Shown: positions 43,605-58,715 of the stretch, piece by piece
How positions within the stretch are numbered: position 1 is the first letter of the stretch
How the letters are laid out: each line of letters begins with the position of its first letter
Assembly (NCBI RefSeq): GCF_009914755.1
Contig: NC_060930.1
Reading direction: 5' to 3' (one strand)
Source of the DNA: the human T2T-CHM13v2.0 reference genome, Homo sapiens
Length of the DNA stretch: 64,000 nucleotides
Notes under the pieces: generated by a model
Database searches by the model: none
What the model saw: the letters and a program-made list of their open reading frames with translations, nothing else
What the model was told of the DNA's origin: nothing
Program-made: the position numbers and the translations under genes

Positions 43605-46600
43605 ATGGCAGAATCAAATTCACACAAAACAATATTAACCTTAAATATAAATGGGCTAAATGCCCCAATTAAAAGACAAAGACTGGCAAATTAAACAAAT
43701 TAAATAGTCCAGACCCATCAGTGTGCTGTATCCAGGAGACTCATCTCACAGGCAAAGACACACATAGGTCAAAATAAAGGGATAGAGGAATGTTTACCAA
43801 GCAAATGGAAAGAAAAAAAAAAAGCAAGAGTTGAAATACTAATCTCCAATAAAACAGACTTTAAACCAACACAGATCAAAAGAGACAAAAGGGCATTACA
43901 TAATGGTAAAGGGATCAATGCAGCAAGAATAGCTAACTATCCTAAACATATATATGCACCCAATACAGGAGCACCCAGATTAATAAAGCAAGCTCTTAGA
44001 GACCTACAAAGAGATTTTGACTCCCACGCAATAATAGTGGGAGACTTGAACACCCCACTGTCAATACTAGACAGATCAACAAGACAGAAAATAAACAAGG
44101 ATATTCAGGACTTGAACTCAGCTCTGGACCAAGTGGACCTAATAAACATCTACAGAACTCTCCACCCCAAATCAACAGAATATACATTCTTCTCAGTACC
44201 TCATCACACTTATTCTAAACTTGACCACATAATTGGAAGTAAAACACTCCTCAGCAAATGGAAAATAATGGAAATCATAACAAAGAGTCTCTCAGACCAC
44301 AGTGCAATCAAATTAGAACTCAGGATTTAAAAAACTCACTCAAACTTCACAACTACATGGAAACTGAACAACCTGCTCCTGAATGACTACTGGGTAAATA
44401 ACAAAATGAAGGCAGAAACAAAGATGTTTTTTGAAACCAATGAGAATGAAGACACAGCATACCAGAATCTCTGGGACACATTTAAAGCAGTCTGTCAAGG
44501 GAAATTTTTAGCACTAAATGCCCACAAGAGAAAGCAGGAAAAATCTAAAATTGATATCCTAACATCAAAATTAAAAGAACTAGAGAAGCAATGGCAAACA
44601 AATTTAAAAGCTAGCAGAAGACAAGAAATAACTAAGATCAGAGCAGAACTGAAGATGGAGACACAAAATCCCTTCAAAAAATCAATGAATCCAGGAGCAG
44701 GTATTTTGAAAAGATCAACAAAACAGAAAGACCACTAACAAGACTAATAAAGAAGAAAAGAGAGAAGAATCAAATACAAGCAATAAAAAATGATATAGGG
44801 GATATCACCACTGATCCCACTGAAATACAAACTACCATCAGAGAATACTATAAACACCTCTGTGCAAATAAACTAGAAAACCTAGAAGAAATGGATAAAT
44901 TCCTGGATACATACACTCTCCCAAGACTAAACCAAGAAGAAGTTGAATCCCTGAATAGACCAATAACGAGTTCTGAAATTGAGGCAGTAATTAAGAGCTT
45001 ACTAACCAAAAAAAGCACAGGACCAGAAAGATTCACAGCTGAATTCTACCAGAGGTACAAAGAGGAGCTGGTACCATCCCTTCTGAAACTATTCCAATCA
45101 ATAGAAAAAGAGGGAATCCCCCCTAACTCATTTTATGAGGCCAGCATCATCCTGATACCAAAACCTGGCAGAGACACACAAAAAAAGAAAATTTCAGGCC
45201 AATATCCCTGATGAACATCGGTGCAAAAATCCTCAATAAAATACTAGCAAAGCGAATCCAGCAGCACATCAAAAAGCTTATCCACCATGATCAATTCATC
45301 TTCATCCCTGGGATGCAAGGCTGGTTCAACATACACCAATCAATAAAATGTAATCCATCACATAAACAGAACCGATGACAAAAAACACATGATTATCTCA
45401 ATAGATGCAGAAAAGGCCTTCGATAAAATTCAACACCCTTTCATGCTAAAAACTCTCAATAAACTAGGTATCAATGGACTGTATCTCAAAATAATATAAG
45501 AGCTATTTATGACAAACCCACAGCCAATATCATACTGAATGGGCAAAAAGTGGAAGCATTCCCTTTGAAAACCAGCACAAAACAAGGATGCCCTCTCTCA
45601 CCACTCCTATTCGACATAGTATTGGAAGTTCGGGCCAGGGCAATCAGGCAACAGAAAGAAATAAAGGGCATTCAAATAGGAAGAGAGGAAGTCAAATTGT
45701 CTCTGTTCACAGATGACATTGTTGTATATTTAGAAAACCCCGTTTTCTCAGCCCCAAATCTCCTTAAACTGGTAAGCAACTTCAGCAAAGTCTCAGGATA
45801 CAAAATCAATCTATAAAATTAACAAGAATTCCTATACACCAATAACAAACAGAGAGCCAAATCATGAGTCAACTCCCATTCACAGTTGCTACAAAAAGAA
45901 TAAAATACTTAGGAACATAACTTATAATAGATGTGAAGGACCTCTTCAAGGAGAACTACAAACCACTACTCAAAGAAATAAGAGAGAACACAAACAAATG
46001 GAAAAACCTTCCATGCTCATGGAAAGGAAGAATCAATATTGTGAAAATGGCCTTACTGCCCAAAGTAATTTATAGATTCAGTGCTATCCCCATCAAGCTA
46101 CCACTGACTTTCTTCACAGAATTGGAAAAAGTTACTTTAAACTTCATATGGAACCAAAATGAGCCCACATAGCCAAGACATTCCTAAGCAAAAAGAACAA
46201 AGCTAGAGGCATCACACTACCTGACTTCAAACTATTCTACAAGGCTACAGTAATCAAAACAGCATGGTACTGGTACCAAAACAGATATACAGACCAATGG
46301 AACAGAACAGAGGCCTCAGAAATAATGCCACACATCTACAACCATCTTATCTTTGGTAAACCTGACACAAACAAGCAATGGGGAAAAGATTCCCTATTTA
46401 ATAAATGGTGTTGGGAAAACTTGCTAGCCATAAGCAGAAAACTGAAACTGGACCCCTTCCTTACGCCTTACGCAAAAGTCAACTCAAGATGGGTTACAGA
46501 CTTAAATGTAAGACTTAAACCATAAAAATCCTAGAAGAAAACGTGGGCAATACCTATCAGGACATAGGCATGGGCAAAGACTTCATGTCTAAAACACCAG

Positions 46601-47435
46601 AAGCCATGGCAACAAAAGCCAAAATTGACAAATGGGATCTAATTAAGCTAAAGAGCTTCTGCAAAGCAAAAGAAACTATCATCAGACTGAACAGGCAACA
46701 TACAGAATGGGAGAAAATTTTTACAATCTATCCGCCTGACAAATGGCTGATATCCAGAATCTACAAAGAACTTAAACAAATTTACAAGATAAAAAAACAA
46801 ACAACCCCATCAAAAAGTGAGCAAAGGATATGAACAGACACTTCTCAAAATAAGACATTTTTGCAGCCAACAAACATATGAAAAAATGCTCATCATCACT
46901 GATCATTAGAGAAATGCAAATCAAAACCACAATGAGATACCATCTCATGCCAGTTAGTATGGTGATCATTAAAAAGTCAGGAAACAACACATGCTGTAGA
47001 GGATTTGGAGAAATAGGAACACTTTTACACTATTGATGGGAGCGTAAATTAGTTCAAACATTGTGGAAGACAGTGTGGCGATTCCTCAAGCATCTAGAAC
47101 GAGAAATGCCATTTGACCCAGCAATCCCATTACTGGGATTTATAATCCCAAAGGATTATAAATCATTCTACTATAAAGACACATGCACACATATGTTTAT
47201 TGCAGCACTATTCACAAAAACAAAGACTTGGAACCATCCCAAATATCCATTAATGATAGACTGGATAAAAAATATGTGGCATAAAAACACCATGGAATAC
47301 TATGCAGCCATAAAAAAGGATGAGTTCATGTCCTTTGCAGGGACATGGATGAAGTTGGAAACCATCATTCTCAGCAAACTATCGCAAGAACAGAAAACCA
47401 AGCACTGCATGTTCTCACTCATAAGTGGGAGTTGA
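43605..47435 (+). pseudogene. L1 ORF2p with multiple frameshifts and stops
   Basis: Colinear fragments: [33 protein letters not shown]-terminal MFSLISGS. Confidence 0.9.
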
Positions 47436-50171
47436 ACAAGGAGAATACATGGGCACAGGGAGGGGAGCATCACACACCAGGGCCTGTTGGGGGGTTGGGG
47501 GAGTGGGTGGAATAGCATTAGGAGAAATACCTAATGTAGGTGATGGGTTGATGGGTGCAGCAAGCCACCATGGCACATGTATACTTATGTAACAAAACTG
47601 CACGTTCTGCACATGTACCCCAGAATTTAAAATATAATAATAATAAAAAAGCCAGATGTGTTGGCCTGTGCCTATAGTTATAGCTACTTGAGAGGCTGAG
47701 GAAGGAGGATCACTTGAATCTAGGAGTTTGAGGCTGCAGAGAGCTATGGTTATGCCACTGCACTCCACTCTGGGTGACAGAGAGAGATCTCATGCCTAAA
47801 ATAAAAATGAAAGAAAGACATACACTTTGAAAGGTTATAGCGGCCATAGATAGTGATTCCTCTAATGGATATGGGCAAAATACATTTAAAACCTTCTGGA
47901 AAGGATTCCTATTGTAGATGTCATTAATAACATTGGTGACTCATGAGAAGAGGTCAAAATATCAATATTAACAGCAATTTGGAAAAAGTTGATTCCAATC
48001 CTGTGGATAACTTTGAGGAGCTCAAGACTTCAGTGGACAAAGTGACTACAGGTGTAGTGGAACTAGCCAGATAGCTAGAATGAGAAGTGCACCCTAAAGA
48101 TGGGACTGAATTGCTGAAATCTCATGATAAATATTGAATGGATGAGGAGTTACTGAAGGAGCAAAGAAAATGGTTTCTTAAAGAGCAAAGAAATTTGCCC
48201 TTGGTGAAGATGCTATGAGCAATGTTGAAGTGACAACAAAAATTTAGAATAGCACATAAACTTAGTTGATAAAGCAGTAGCAGGGTTTGAGAGGATTGCC
48301 TTCAATTTTGAAAGAAGTTCTGCAGTGGGTAAAATGCTATCAAACAGAAACCAACCACCACCCTGATCATTCAGCAACCAACAACAACAAAGCAAAACCC
48401 TCCACCAGAAAAAAGGTTACAACTCATTGAAGGCTTAGATGATTGTCAGCATTTTTTAGTAATATTTTTAATTAAGGTCTGTACATTGTTTTTTTGACAC
48501 AATGCTATTACACACTTAATAGACTACAGTATAGTGTAAACATAGCTTTTATATGCACTGAGAAACCAACAAATCTGTGTGACTTGCTTTATTGTGATAT
48601 TTGCTTTTTTGCAGTGGTCTAGAACTGAACCCACAATTTCCCCGAGGTATGCCTGTATTATAAAGATTTGGAATTGTGTAATATCTTTCTCTTGATTAAT
48701 AAAGTTTTTTTCTCTGAAGTTCTTACAAATTTCAAAGGAGTTAACTAACTTTTAAAACTCTTCTAACTCTTCCATTTTATTTGATAAAAAGTACACTTCA
48801 GAACTCTTGCATAAATCTTAGAGTTTGTGTGTCAGGGAAAAAATCTTACGTCAATTATTTTCTATATACAAAGAATTAAATTTCCAATCTTGAAGCTTGG
48901 ATATAAATAAATATATATACATAATTCTTAAATATTGATTAATTGCTTAAATATCGAGTCACTCACTTGTTTATCCAACAGAGCTTTATGAGCTCTTTCT
49001 GTATTATGAAAGCAAAAAATGCATTTACATTTTTGCTTACATACTGTGTCTACTCTGTAACTGAGGCCCCAAATAAATTTGATTCATGCCAAAAATTTTG
49101 CTGGGCACCTTGAAAGAGAGATATCCTATGAGATAGTCATAGCAATGCAAATTATTTTTACACTGTGCTATATGTGTTTCTGAAAAAAAAAAAAAGCTAT
49201 CCTAAATCTTTGGAATCCACCCAAGAAAAAAAAATCAGAAAATGTGAAATTGTCTAAGTCCACTGAATCAGTATAGTTACTGTCTATAAGATACTCCTAG
49301 GCTCAGAAATTATGTGCTCAGGAGATAAAGCATACTTCTAGAAATCAGGGCTTTGTTCTCCAGGAAACACTAAGGCTAGTAATCAAAATGAAACAAAGGC
49401 ACCCAATGAAGATTCCCATAGGTAAAACTGCTTCCTAAGTGGATGTTTGATTGCTCTCAGCTTCTCCTTTTATGTTCATCTTTCTACCACAAAAGCCCAT
49501 TCTCTGTGGCATTTCATAAGGTTGCTAATGATTTACTGTTGGTAGATGCAGGAGCCTAGAAGGGAGGTACACAGAAAGAGTGCATTTCTTAAAATGTAGG
49601 ACATAAATAGATTTCAAAATTTTTGTCCCATTACTTTCACTTAGAAAAAAAAGGAATGTATTTTCTCCAAACATTTTCTGGTTACCATGGATCACTCTAT
49701 GGATCTTTTCTCTATTCAAGGCAAGCTACTGCTATGCCTCTTTGGGTCTTCTTACTCTTGGAAAGAACCATTACATATCCATTCCCCAAGTGGACATGCC
49801 CCTGTTCAACTGTCACTGAAGTATCAGGAGTTATGATATAATGGTGCGGTGGGGAACAAGAGGTCTCTGCATGACCAAGAGCTTATTGTGGGAAATGAAA
49901 CACTCCTGTTTATAAATGCTCCTTCAGCCATTCTCATTTGCCATCACAGGGTGTAGCATTCTGGCTTTCCTTGGTTTGTTGGCCTCCTTTCTCTTCCTTC
50001 TAGTGACTTTCTACTTACACTTTCCACTTCTCAACTTGTCAGGAAATTCAAAAAGTCTTATTTTATAGTACATTAAGGGCAACATAATGTTGGTTTGTCT
50101 CTCTCCTCAGCCTTCATAGCTATGTCTAAGCCTCATTTTCCATGTTTCATGAAAGCATTTTGCTAAACAAG

Positions 50172-50554
50172 TGTAAACCTAAAAGTATCTGAGACAAGTG
50201 TCAATCAATTTTGAGGTTTATTTTGCCAAGATTAAGGGCATGCCCAGAAGAAAAAAAACACAAAATCACAGAAACAGTCTGTGGTCTGTGCCTTTCTCCA
50301 AAAGCAATTTTGAGGGCTTCAGCATTTAAAGAAAAAAATGTGGGCTGGAGGGGAAAGAGGGAGAGTATGGTAATCCACATGTTGCCAAAGAAAAGAAACA
50401 GGTAGGGGAATACTCAATTATTTATACATGCTGTGCTCAGTAAATCAGTACTTTATATAAGATAAGGTGGATATAGAGTAGCTACCTGTGAAGATATTTA
50501 ACACTTTATTTGTAGCTATCTGCTTAGGAACAAAGGAAAGGCAGTTTCTTGCAT
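50172..50554 (-). mobile_element. MER4 (B/D-like) LTR, part 1, split by the MER52 provirus
   Basis: aaaagtatctgagacaag...tttattttgccaagattaagg...gtagctatctgcttaggaacaaaggaaaggcagtttcttgcat. Confidence 0.8.
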
Positions 50555-52109
50555 TGTTATGGGATACTTCAGTTGCTTCACCAGCTGGAAACCTCTGTGG
50601 CTAGTGGTGCCTTTACCTGAGTTTTGCTTGGGCCTGCTGGGCTTATTTCACCCACTCAGCCTGGTGGGCTGCACTCAGCTTATGTTACCAACCTGGATCC
50701 CACACCTGCAAAGGACAAGCCAGACACAGAGTGGTGAGTGGTGCAAGAGTGAATGAGTGTGTGGTCCAGCCACTGTGCACAGCCAAGCATGCTGACTGCA
50801 GCAGGGTGGGCAGCCCCAGGTGCTGTCATGGGCACTGGCTCCCTGCGAGGCTGCAGCTGGACCAGGAGTACCACAAGTGGCTTCCATGGCAGGCACAGGG
50901 GAACATGGTGTTGCCCAGAAGTTTGGAGTCACCAGGAATCACCAAGCCCCAAAGAGAGTGTCACAGTCCTGGCTCAGGGAGCTCCTAGGTCTGGGATCCC
51001 CAAAAGGATGCAGCTCTTCTCTCCTTCTCATCACCTGTAATGTGGCAAGTGGAGGTCGTATTTCAGCTCGGTTTGTGTTACAGCTCTTTCAGTTTCACCC
51101 CTGCCATTCAGCAGTCCTGAGTTCTTGTCCTACATCCAGGAAGAATGAGGTACTCAGAGAAGTGGAGAGTGAGAAAAGCAAAGAGGTGTTTTATTGAGCA
51201 ACAGAACAGCTCAGAGGAGACCCACAGTGAGTAGCTCTGCTCTGCAGACAGGTTGTCTAAATGTCTGCTCAGCTCTCAGCAGAGAGAATACCCACAGTGG
51301 GTAGCTCCTCTTTGAAGGCAGGTCATCTTGATGTCTGCCTGAGTAAGGCTCAGTCAGGGGCTTTTATGGGCTTCAGAGGGGAAGAGGGTGTCCTGATTAG
51401 TCCACAGGCAGACATTGGCAGGCCCAGAAAAAGCACAGTAAGTTCTCACTCTGGTCTGTGGAACTGGCAACCTGGCCCCCAGGCTTCAGGCCATCCCAGG
51501 CCTAAAGGGGGAGCTTCACTGGGGACCCACCCCTTTCCATCCAGGAACTTGTCTTCCTCCTAACACCATTAACCTGCCACCCATGGTGGCCATGGCACCC
51601 AGGCTGTCTGTGTCAAGTGGTGCCTACAAGCCCATGCCAAGTCATCCTTAGTCCCCCTTCAGCCTCTCTCCCATGCTCATCAGTGCTCAATGTTCAGAGA
51701 GGGTCAAGGCATCAGCAGGCTGGTGTGTCAACACTGCCCTGAGCATGAGCACACCTGGCCAGGTCATGACAGCACCCAGGCTCAGCCACAACTTCACTCT
51801 AAAATTGGAGTGGGTGCTGGGAGTGGGCAGAGGCCAGGCAGTGGGAGCAGGCACTTCCAAGCCTGTGGGGAAGGGGGGCTTCCTGGGCCCCCGAGAGTGC
51901 AGAGATGCCTGAGTCCACAGCCATGACTGGGCTTCTGCAGCTGTGCCTGGGAGAGTGGAGTTCCAGCCCCAACAACTTGGAAGAGGGTGGGGCTCCCACC
52001 TGTTCTCAGCTCCTGCCAGCTCCACAGAACATGTAGCCCTGGCCATGCCTCCCCTGCTGCAGTTGGTCTTTTTGCAGCAGCTGCTCAAGACAAGCCACCG
52101 CTGCCATCA
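50555..52109 (-). mobile_element. MER52 3' LTR
   Basis: tgtta...ccaccgctgccatca (TG...CA); GC-rich; homologous to 62087-63643. Confidence 0.88.
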
Positions 52110-54277
52110 CCCTGCTTCACCCGAAGAGGTACATCTAACTGCCATTAGGATACAGACAATGACCACTCTTAACTCCTTCATGCTGACAGGGGGCATTCTG
52201 GGAAAAATGGCAGTCAGATCTCTCTCAGAGGCCTATCTAAAGGCCCCTGGTAAAAGGAGAGCCATTTTCTGAGGCTCCAGTTGCATGTCCACTTGGAGTT
52301 TGATGGTTTCTAGGTGAGAAGAAACAAATTTTACAAGGAGGTTAAGTATGCAAAGGAAAAAATCTAGTGCCAAAAGATAACAGAAATAAGAAATAAAATA
52401 GACTAATCATTCTGAAAACAGTGTTGTGGCTAGAGCTGTTTCACCCTGGTAAAAGGAATTAAATCTTGTATGGAGGCAGTTAAACTTTAAAAGAGAAATA
52501 ACTGTTTAGGGGAGTAGATAATCCCTTGGGAGTTCAGGATTAAGGGGTCCTTGATGAAGATGCCCTATGGCAAGGAAGAAAAGTGAGAAGAGCAAGCATA
52601 GGATATTCATGGAGGGTTAATTGTTAGTAATTCTCTTTTGAGATTGTTAGCTTGAGGTCCCTGATTTATTCACTCTGGTACTTTGGGTGCTCTCCTGGGT
52701 CAATGGAGGTAATTTCATCAGTTTCCCAGGACTTCACGCTAGTATAATGAATTCAAGAATCTATTCCAGTGACATTTACTGCCGTAGGTGTAGAAAGAAG
52801 TACAGTTTAAGGTCCCTCCCATTCTGGTCCTAGAGAGGAAAAAGGGAAGGAAGTGCCTTTATCAGGACTAAGTCCCCTGGGTTGAATAGAGGTGGCCTAG
52901 TTCATGGTACTGGGCCTCTGACAGTTGTTTCAGTTCATGTTGGAAATGGGCCAAATAATGTACATATTTAGTTAAATCAGAGGTTTCTTGGTCTAGCAAG
53001 AAATTATTGGTGAGTAAAGGTCATCCACACATCATTTCAGGGTTACCTAAACTCAGATTTGAAGGGGTATTTCTAACACATAGTAGGGCTATGAAGAGAA
53101 GAGTAATCCAAGGGAGATGAGTCTCTTGAGACAGATTTCTGAGGTGCCTTTTAATAATATCATTTGTCTTTTCTACCTTTCTTGAGGAGTGTGGTCTCCT
53201 GGCACAATGAAGATGGTATTCTATGCCTAGTGCCTTTGAGATACCCTTTGACAGCTGCCTTGAATGAGGGGCCATTATCTCTCTGGAGGCACCCAGGAAG
53301 TCCAAAGTGAGGAGTTATTTCATTAATCAGTACTTTTATCACCTCAGAGGCTTTCTCTGTTCAACATGTAAATGCTTCTATCTAGTTAGTGAAGATATCT
53401 ACCCATACTAGGAGGTACTAGATGCCCCTTGTCTTTGGCATATGGTTGAAATCGACCTGCCAGTCTTCCCCTAGGTAGCTTCCCATTCTTTGGGTTCTGG
53501 TGGGGAGAAGATGTCGACTGAGAAGATTATGTTTAAGGCAAGTCTCACAATGAATGACCCATTTGACTGTTTTTAGTAGATTTTTACCTGAGAGCAGCCT
53601 TTGGGCCACTTGATAGGTTTTATCCTTACTTAGCTGGAAGGCATGGTGGAGAATTTTGAGAACTTTCCATTGGTTGGTAGCTGGTAGATGAAGCTTGCCA
53701 TCCTCCAGTTGCAACCATCCTGAGGACTGAAGTGTGTATCCCTGAGAGGTGGCCCATTCTCTCTCTGCAGAGGAATACTGAGGTTTTATTTCTTTCATGG
53801 AGCCCTCCCAGATCAGAGGGGCCTCAAGTGGATCAGAAATATAGGGCCCTCTTGCTGCTGGTTTAGCTGCCTGGTCTGCCAACTTATTTCCCTCAACTCT
53901 TTCGTCCATCCCCTTTTCATGGCCTTGACAATGTATTGCTTCCACTTCTTGTGGAAGGAAGGCCAAGGATAATAGTCTGTTAATTTCCTGATGGAATTTA
54001 TTGGGAGACCCATTGGCTGTGAGGAACTTCTTCTTTCCAGATAGTGGCAAGGGCATGGAGGACTAGAAAAACATATTTAGAATCAGTATAAATGTTAACT
54101 GGTTTCCCTTTGCTTAATTCAAGTGACCTCATGAAGGCAATTAGCTTAGCTAGTTGAACATTTCTGTCCACCGAGAGAGCTGTGCTCTCAATAATGTCAC
54201 TTAGGGTGGCCATTGCATACCCTGCCTTACAGATCCCTTGCTCTACAAAGGAACTTCTGTCCATAAAGGGAATCTAG

Positions 54278-54711
<434 letters not shown>

Positions 54712-55657
54712 GGGAGGGGCAGGTTCTTAACTGGACTGCAGATGCCTCTAATAGCAAAGCTTGATATTTGAGGAAGCAGCTGTCCATTAGCCAGAGACTC
54801 CCTTAAGACAACAGTTCTGTCACATTATGTGGGATGTAAATGGTTAAGTTATTCCCCATTGTTAACTTATAGCTTCTGGTACTAGCGAAGCTACTGCTGC
54901 AACTGCCTGGAGGCAGGCTGGCCATCCTTTAGCTACCAAATCAAGCTCCTTGCTTAGGTAGCCTGCAGACTGCTGAGCTAGGCATCAGGCCAGGGTTAGA
55001 ACTTCCAGAGTGATTCCCTTCCTTTCTGAGACATAAAGATTGAACATCTCCCCATTGGGAAGACTAAGAGCTGGTTTATCAAGCAAAACCTGTTTTAATT
55101 GGTCATAGGCCCTTTTAGCCTCTGGTTCCCAAGTTAGGAAATGGGTCTTAGCTGCCTGAGTCACCTTTATTAGATGATATACGGGATGAGCTATTTCACT
55201 GTACCCATGTATCCATAACCAGCAAAATCCTGTAATACCCTAGAATCCCCTCAATTGCTTGATGGTTTGGGTAAGGAAAAAGGAGGAGATGGGCTTGATC
55301 CTTTCTTCACCTAGTGCCCTGGTTCCCTCTAACAAGACTAGACCTAGGTACTTCACTGAAAGCCTGACAGAACCGAGCCTTAGATTTTGAAACCTTCTAG
55401 ACTCTGTTAACGAGAAAGTAAGAAGAGCCTTGCTGCCTTCCTGAGAGATTTCCTCAGTTGGGGCACAAAGGAGAATGCCATCTACATATTGTAAAACTTT
55501 AACCTGATGATTAAGGGACTCAAGAGAGATCAATTAATGATGTCTGCCCAAACAGGTGGGGGCCATCTCAGAATCCCTGAGTTAACACAGTCTAGATTAA
55601 CTGGGTGTCTTGGTTGGAGGGATTCTCAAATGCAAACAAATACTGGGAGTCAGGGTG

Positions 55658-57944
55658 TGATATGGTTTGGCTGTGTTCCCACCCAAAACTCATCTTGAAT
55701 TGTAGTTCCCGTTATCCCCATGTGTGGTGGGAAGGACTAGGTGGAGATAACTGTTTCATGGCAGTGGTTACCCCATCCTGATCTTCTGAGAGTGAATTAG
55801 TTCTCATGAAATTTGACGGTTTTATAATGGAATTCCTCCTTCACTAGGCATTCCTTCTCTCCCCTGCTGTCCTGTGAAGGGTTGCTTTCTGCCATACTTG
55901 CAGGTTTCCTGAGGCCTCCCCAGCCATATGGAACTGTGAGGCAATTAAACTCCTTCCTTTTGTAAGTTACCCAGTCTCAGGAACTCCTTTACAGCAGTGT
56001 AAGAATGGACTAATACAGTAAATTGGAAGCTGGTAGTGGGACGCTGCTGCAAGGATACTCAAAAAATGTGGAAGCAACTTTGGAACTTTCAGAGGTTAAG
56101 TCAGAGGCTAGGTAACAGTCAGAGGTTAGGACAGTTTGGAGGGCTCAGAGACAGGAAGATGTGGGAAAGTTTGGAACTTCCTAGAGAGTTGTTGAATGGC
56201 TTTGATCAAAATGCTGATAGTGATATTGACATTAAAGTCCAGGCTGATGTGGTCTAAGATAAAAATAAGGGACTTGTTGGGAACTAGAGTAAAGGTCACT
56301 CTTGCTAGGCATTTTGCCCCCATGCCCTAGAAATCTGTGGAACTTTGAACTTGAGAGAGATAATTTAGAGTATCTGGTGGAAGAAATTTCAAAGTGGCAA
56401 AACACTCAAGAGGAAGCAGAGCATAAAAGTTTGGAAAATTTGCAGCTTGATGATGTGAAAAGAAAGAAAAACCCACTTTGTGGGGAGACATTCAAGCCCA
56501 CTGCAGAAATTCACATAAGTAATGAGGAGCCAAATGTTAATCACCAAGACAACGGGGAAAATGTCTCCAAGGCATGTCAGAGATCTTCAGAGTAGACCCT
56601 CCCGACAAAGGCCTGGAAGCCTACAAGGGAAAAATGGTTTCACGGGCAAGGCCCAGGGCCCCCCTGTTCTGTGCAGCATCAGGACACGGTGCCCTGCATC
56701 CTAGTTGCTTCAGCTTCAGCCGTGGCTAAAAGGGGCCAACATACAGCTCAGGCCATTTCTTTAGAGGGTGCAAGCCTCAAGGGTTGGTGGTTTTCACGTG
56801 GTGTTGGGCCTGTGGGTGAACAGAAGTCAAGAACTGAGGTTTGGGAATCTCTGTCTAGATATCAGAGGGTATATGGAAATGCCTGGCTGTCCAGGTAGAA
56901 ATTTGCTGCAGGAGCAGAGTCCTCATGGAGAACCTCTGCTAGGGCAGTGTGGAAGGCAAATGTGGAGTCAGAGCCCCTACACAGCATCCACACTGGGGGA
57001 CTTCCTGGTGGAGCTGTGAGAAGACAGTCACTGTCTTCCAGATGCCAGAATGGTAGATTCACCAACAGCTTGCACTGTGCACCTGGAAAAGTGGCAGACA
57101 CTCAATGCCAACCCATGAAAACAGCCAGGAAGGGAGCTGTACCATGCAAAGACACAGAGACAGAGCTTTCCAAGGTTGTGGGAGCCCACCTCTTGCATCA
57201 GTGTAACCTGGATGTGAGACATGGAGTCAAAGGAGATCATTTTGGAACTTTAAGGTTTAGTGACTGCCCTATTGTATTTTGGACTTGCATGAGGCCTGTA
57301 GCCTCTTCATTTTGGACAATTTTTCACATTTGGAATGGGTGTATTTACCTAATGCCTGTAACCCCACTGTATCTAGGAAGTAACTAACTTGCTTTCAATT
57401 TTACAGGCTGATAGGTGGAAGTAACTAGCTTTGTCTCAGATGGGACTTTAGACTTGGACTTTTGAGTTAATGCTGGAGTGAGTTAAGACTTTGGGGGACC
57501 ATGGGAAAGGCGTGGTTGTGTTTTGAATTGTGAAGACCTGAGATTTGGGAAGGGCCAGGGGTGGAATGATATGATTTGGCTGTGTTCCCACACAAATCTC
57601 ACCTTGAGTTGTAGTTCCCATAATCCCTATGTGTTGTGGCGGGGACCAGGTAGAGATAATTGAATGCTGGGGCCAGTTTCTCATCCTGTTCTTGTGATAA
57701 TGATTTAGTTCTTATGGTAGTGAATAAGTCTCACAAGATCTGATGGTTTTATAAGGGGTTTCCCCTTTCACTTGGCTTTCATTCTCTCTTGCCTGCTGCC
57801 ATATAAGACATGGTTTTGCCTTCCACAGTGATTGTGAGGCCTCCCCATCCACGTGGAACTGTGAGTTCATCGAATTTCTTTTTCTTTATAAATTACCCAA
57901 TGTCAAGTATGTCTTTATTAGCAGCATGAGAATGAACTCATACA
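55658..57944 (+). mobile_element. Full-length THE1 MaLR (LTR 55658-56017, internal 56018-57566, LTR 57567-57944)
   Basis: tgatatggtttggctgtg...ctaataca LTRs flanking about 1.55 kb of THE1-int (gtggaagcaactttggaact..., PPT gggccaggggtggaa). Confidence 0.93.
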
Positions 57945-58715
57945 AATGGTATGCAGAAAAAGGAATCCTTTAGTCCAGGCATGTGAGCCATTTGGTTCCC
58001 TCAGCTATTTGAGTTAGAAGGGTATAGGGATTGGGGACCACAAGATAAATTGGAACCACAGTTTCATTAATGAGGTGGAGGTCCTGGACCATTCTCTATT
58101 TCCTGTTGGGTTTTTGTCCCTCCAATATTGGGCTATTATGCTGTTGCAGGGTTTGAGGAGGTCTTTCATCCTCAAGTTATTGATGACGGCTTCTAGTCCT
58201 TTTCTAACTTCTTATTTTAGGGGATAGTGTCTCTGGTTAGGAAAGGAGGTAGGATCCTTAAAGTGGATCTGGACCAGTGTGGTGATTGTGGCTTGGCCTA
58301 GTTTCCCTTGAGGTGCCCAAACTTCTGGGTTAATATTGGTCTCCACTAGGGTGGAGAAAAAGACTCTGTCTTGGAGCCGTAAGGATGGTGGCTCCCATAG
58401 GAGCCAAACTATCCCTGCCCAACAGAAGAGTTGGGCTTTCAGGCATTATTTAAAAGGCAGGAGTAAACAAGAGGTTTCCCCATCTACAGCTAAGAGATTG
58501 GGAAAAATATCGGGTTATAGGCTTTCTTGAGGCACCCCTCACTGTTGTGCTAAGAGAAGAGGCGGGCCTGGATTGGAGATGAGAATGGAAAGGCCTGCTT
58601 TGGTGACCATGAAGAGTTCCACCTTCCTCCCTTCAACTTCCAAAATCACCCCGGGACCCAGGATGGCAATGGTAGTCTGGATCAGCAGAGCTGGGGAGAG
58701 GAGCCCCGGAACCTG

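Larger units (their letters stand above)
41915..47645 (+). mobile_element. L1PA7-like element, near full length (truncated within the 5'UTR)
   Basis: Partial 5'UTR, ORF1, ORF2 and 3'UTR (ggagaaatacctaatgtaggtgatgggttgatgggtgcagc); TSD AAAAAGCCAGA at 41904-41914 and 47646-47656. Confidence 0.93.

Noticed and set aside
50559-52272. Dense overlapping ORFs on both strands (also 61919-63860 and 56036-57684)
   Set aside because: By-product of GC-rich MER52 LTRs and degenerate THE1-int; the frames are not conserved between the two LTR copies.
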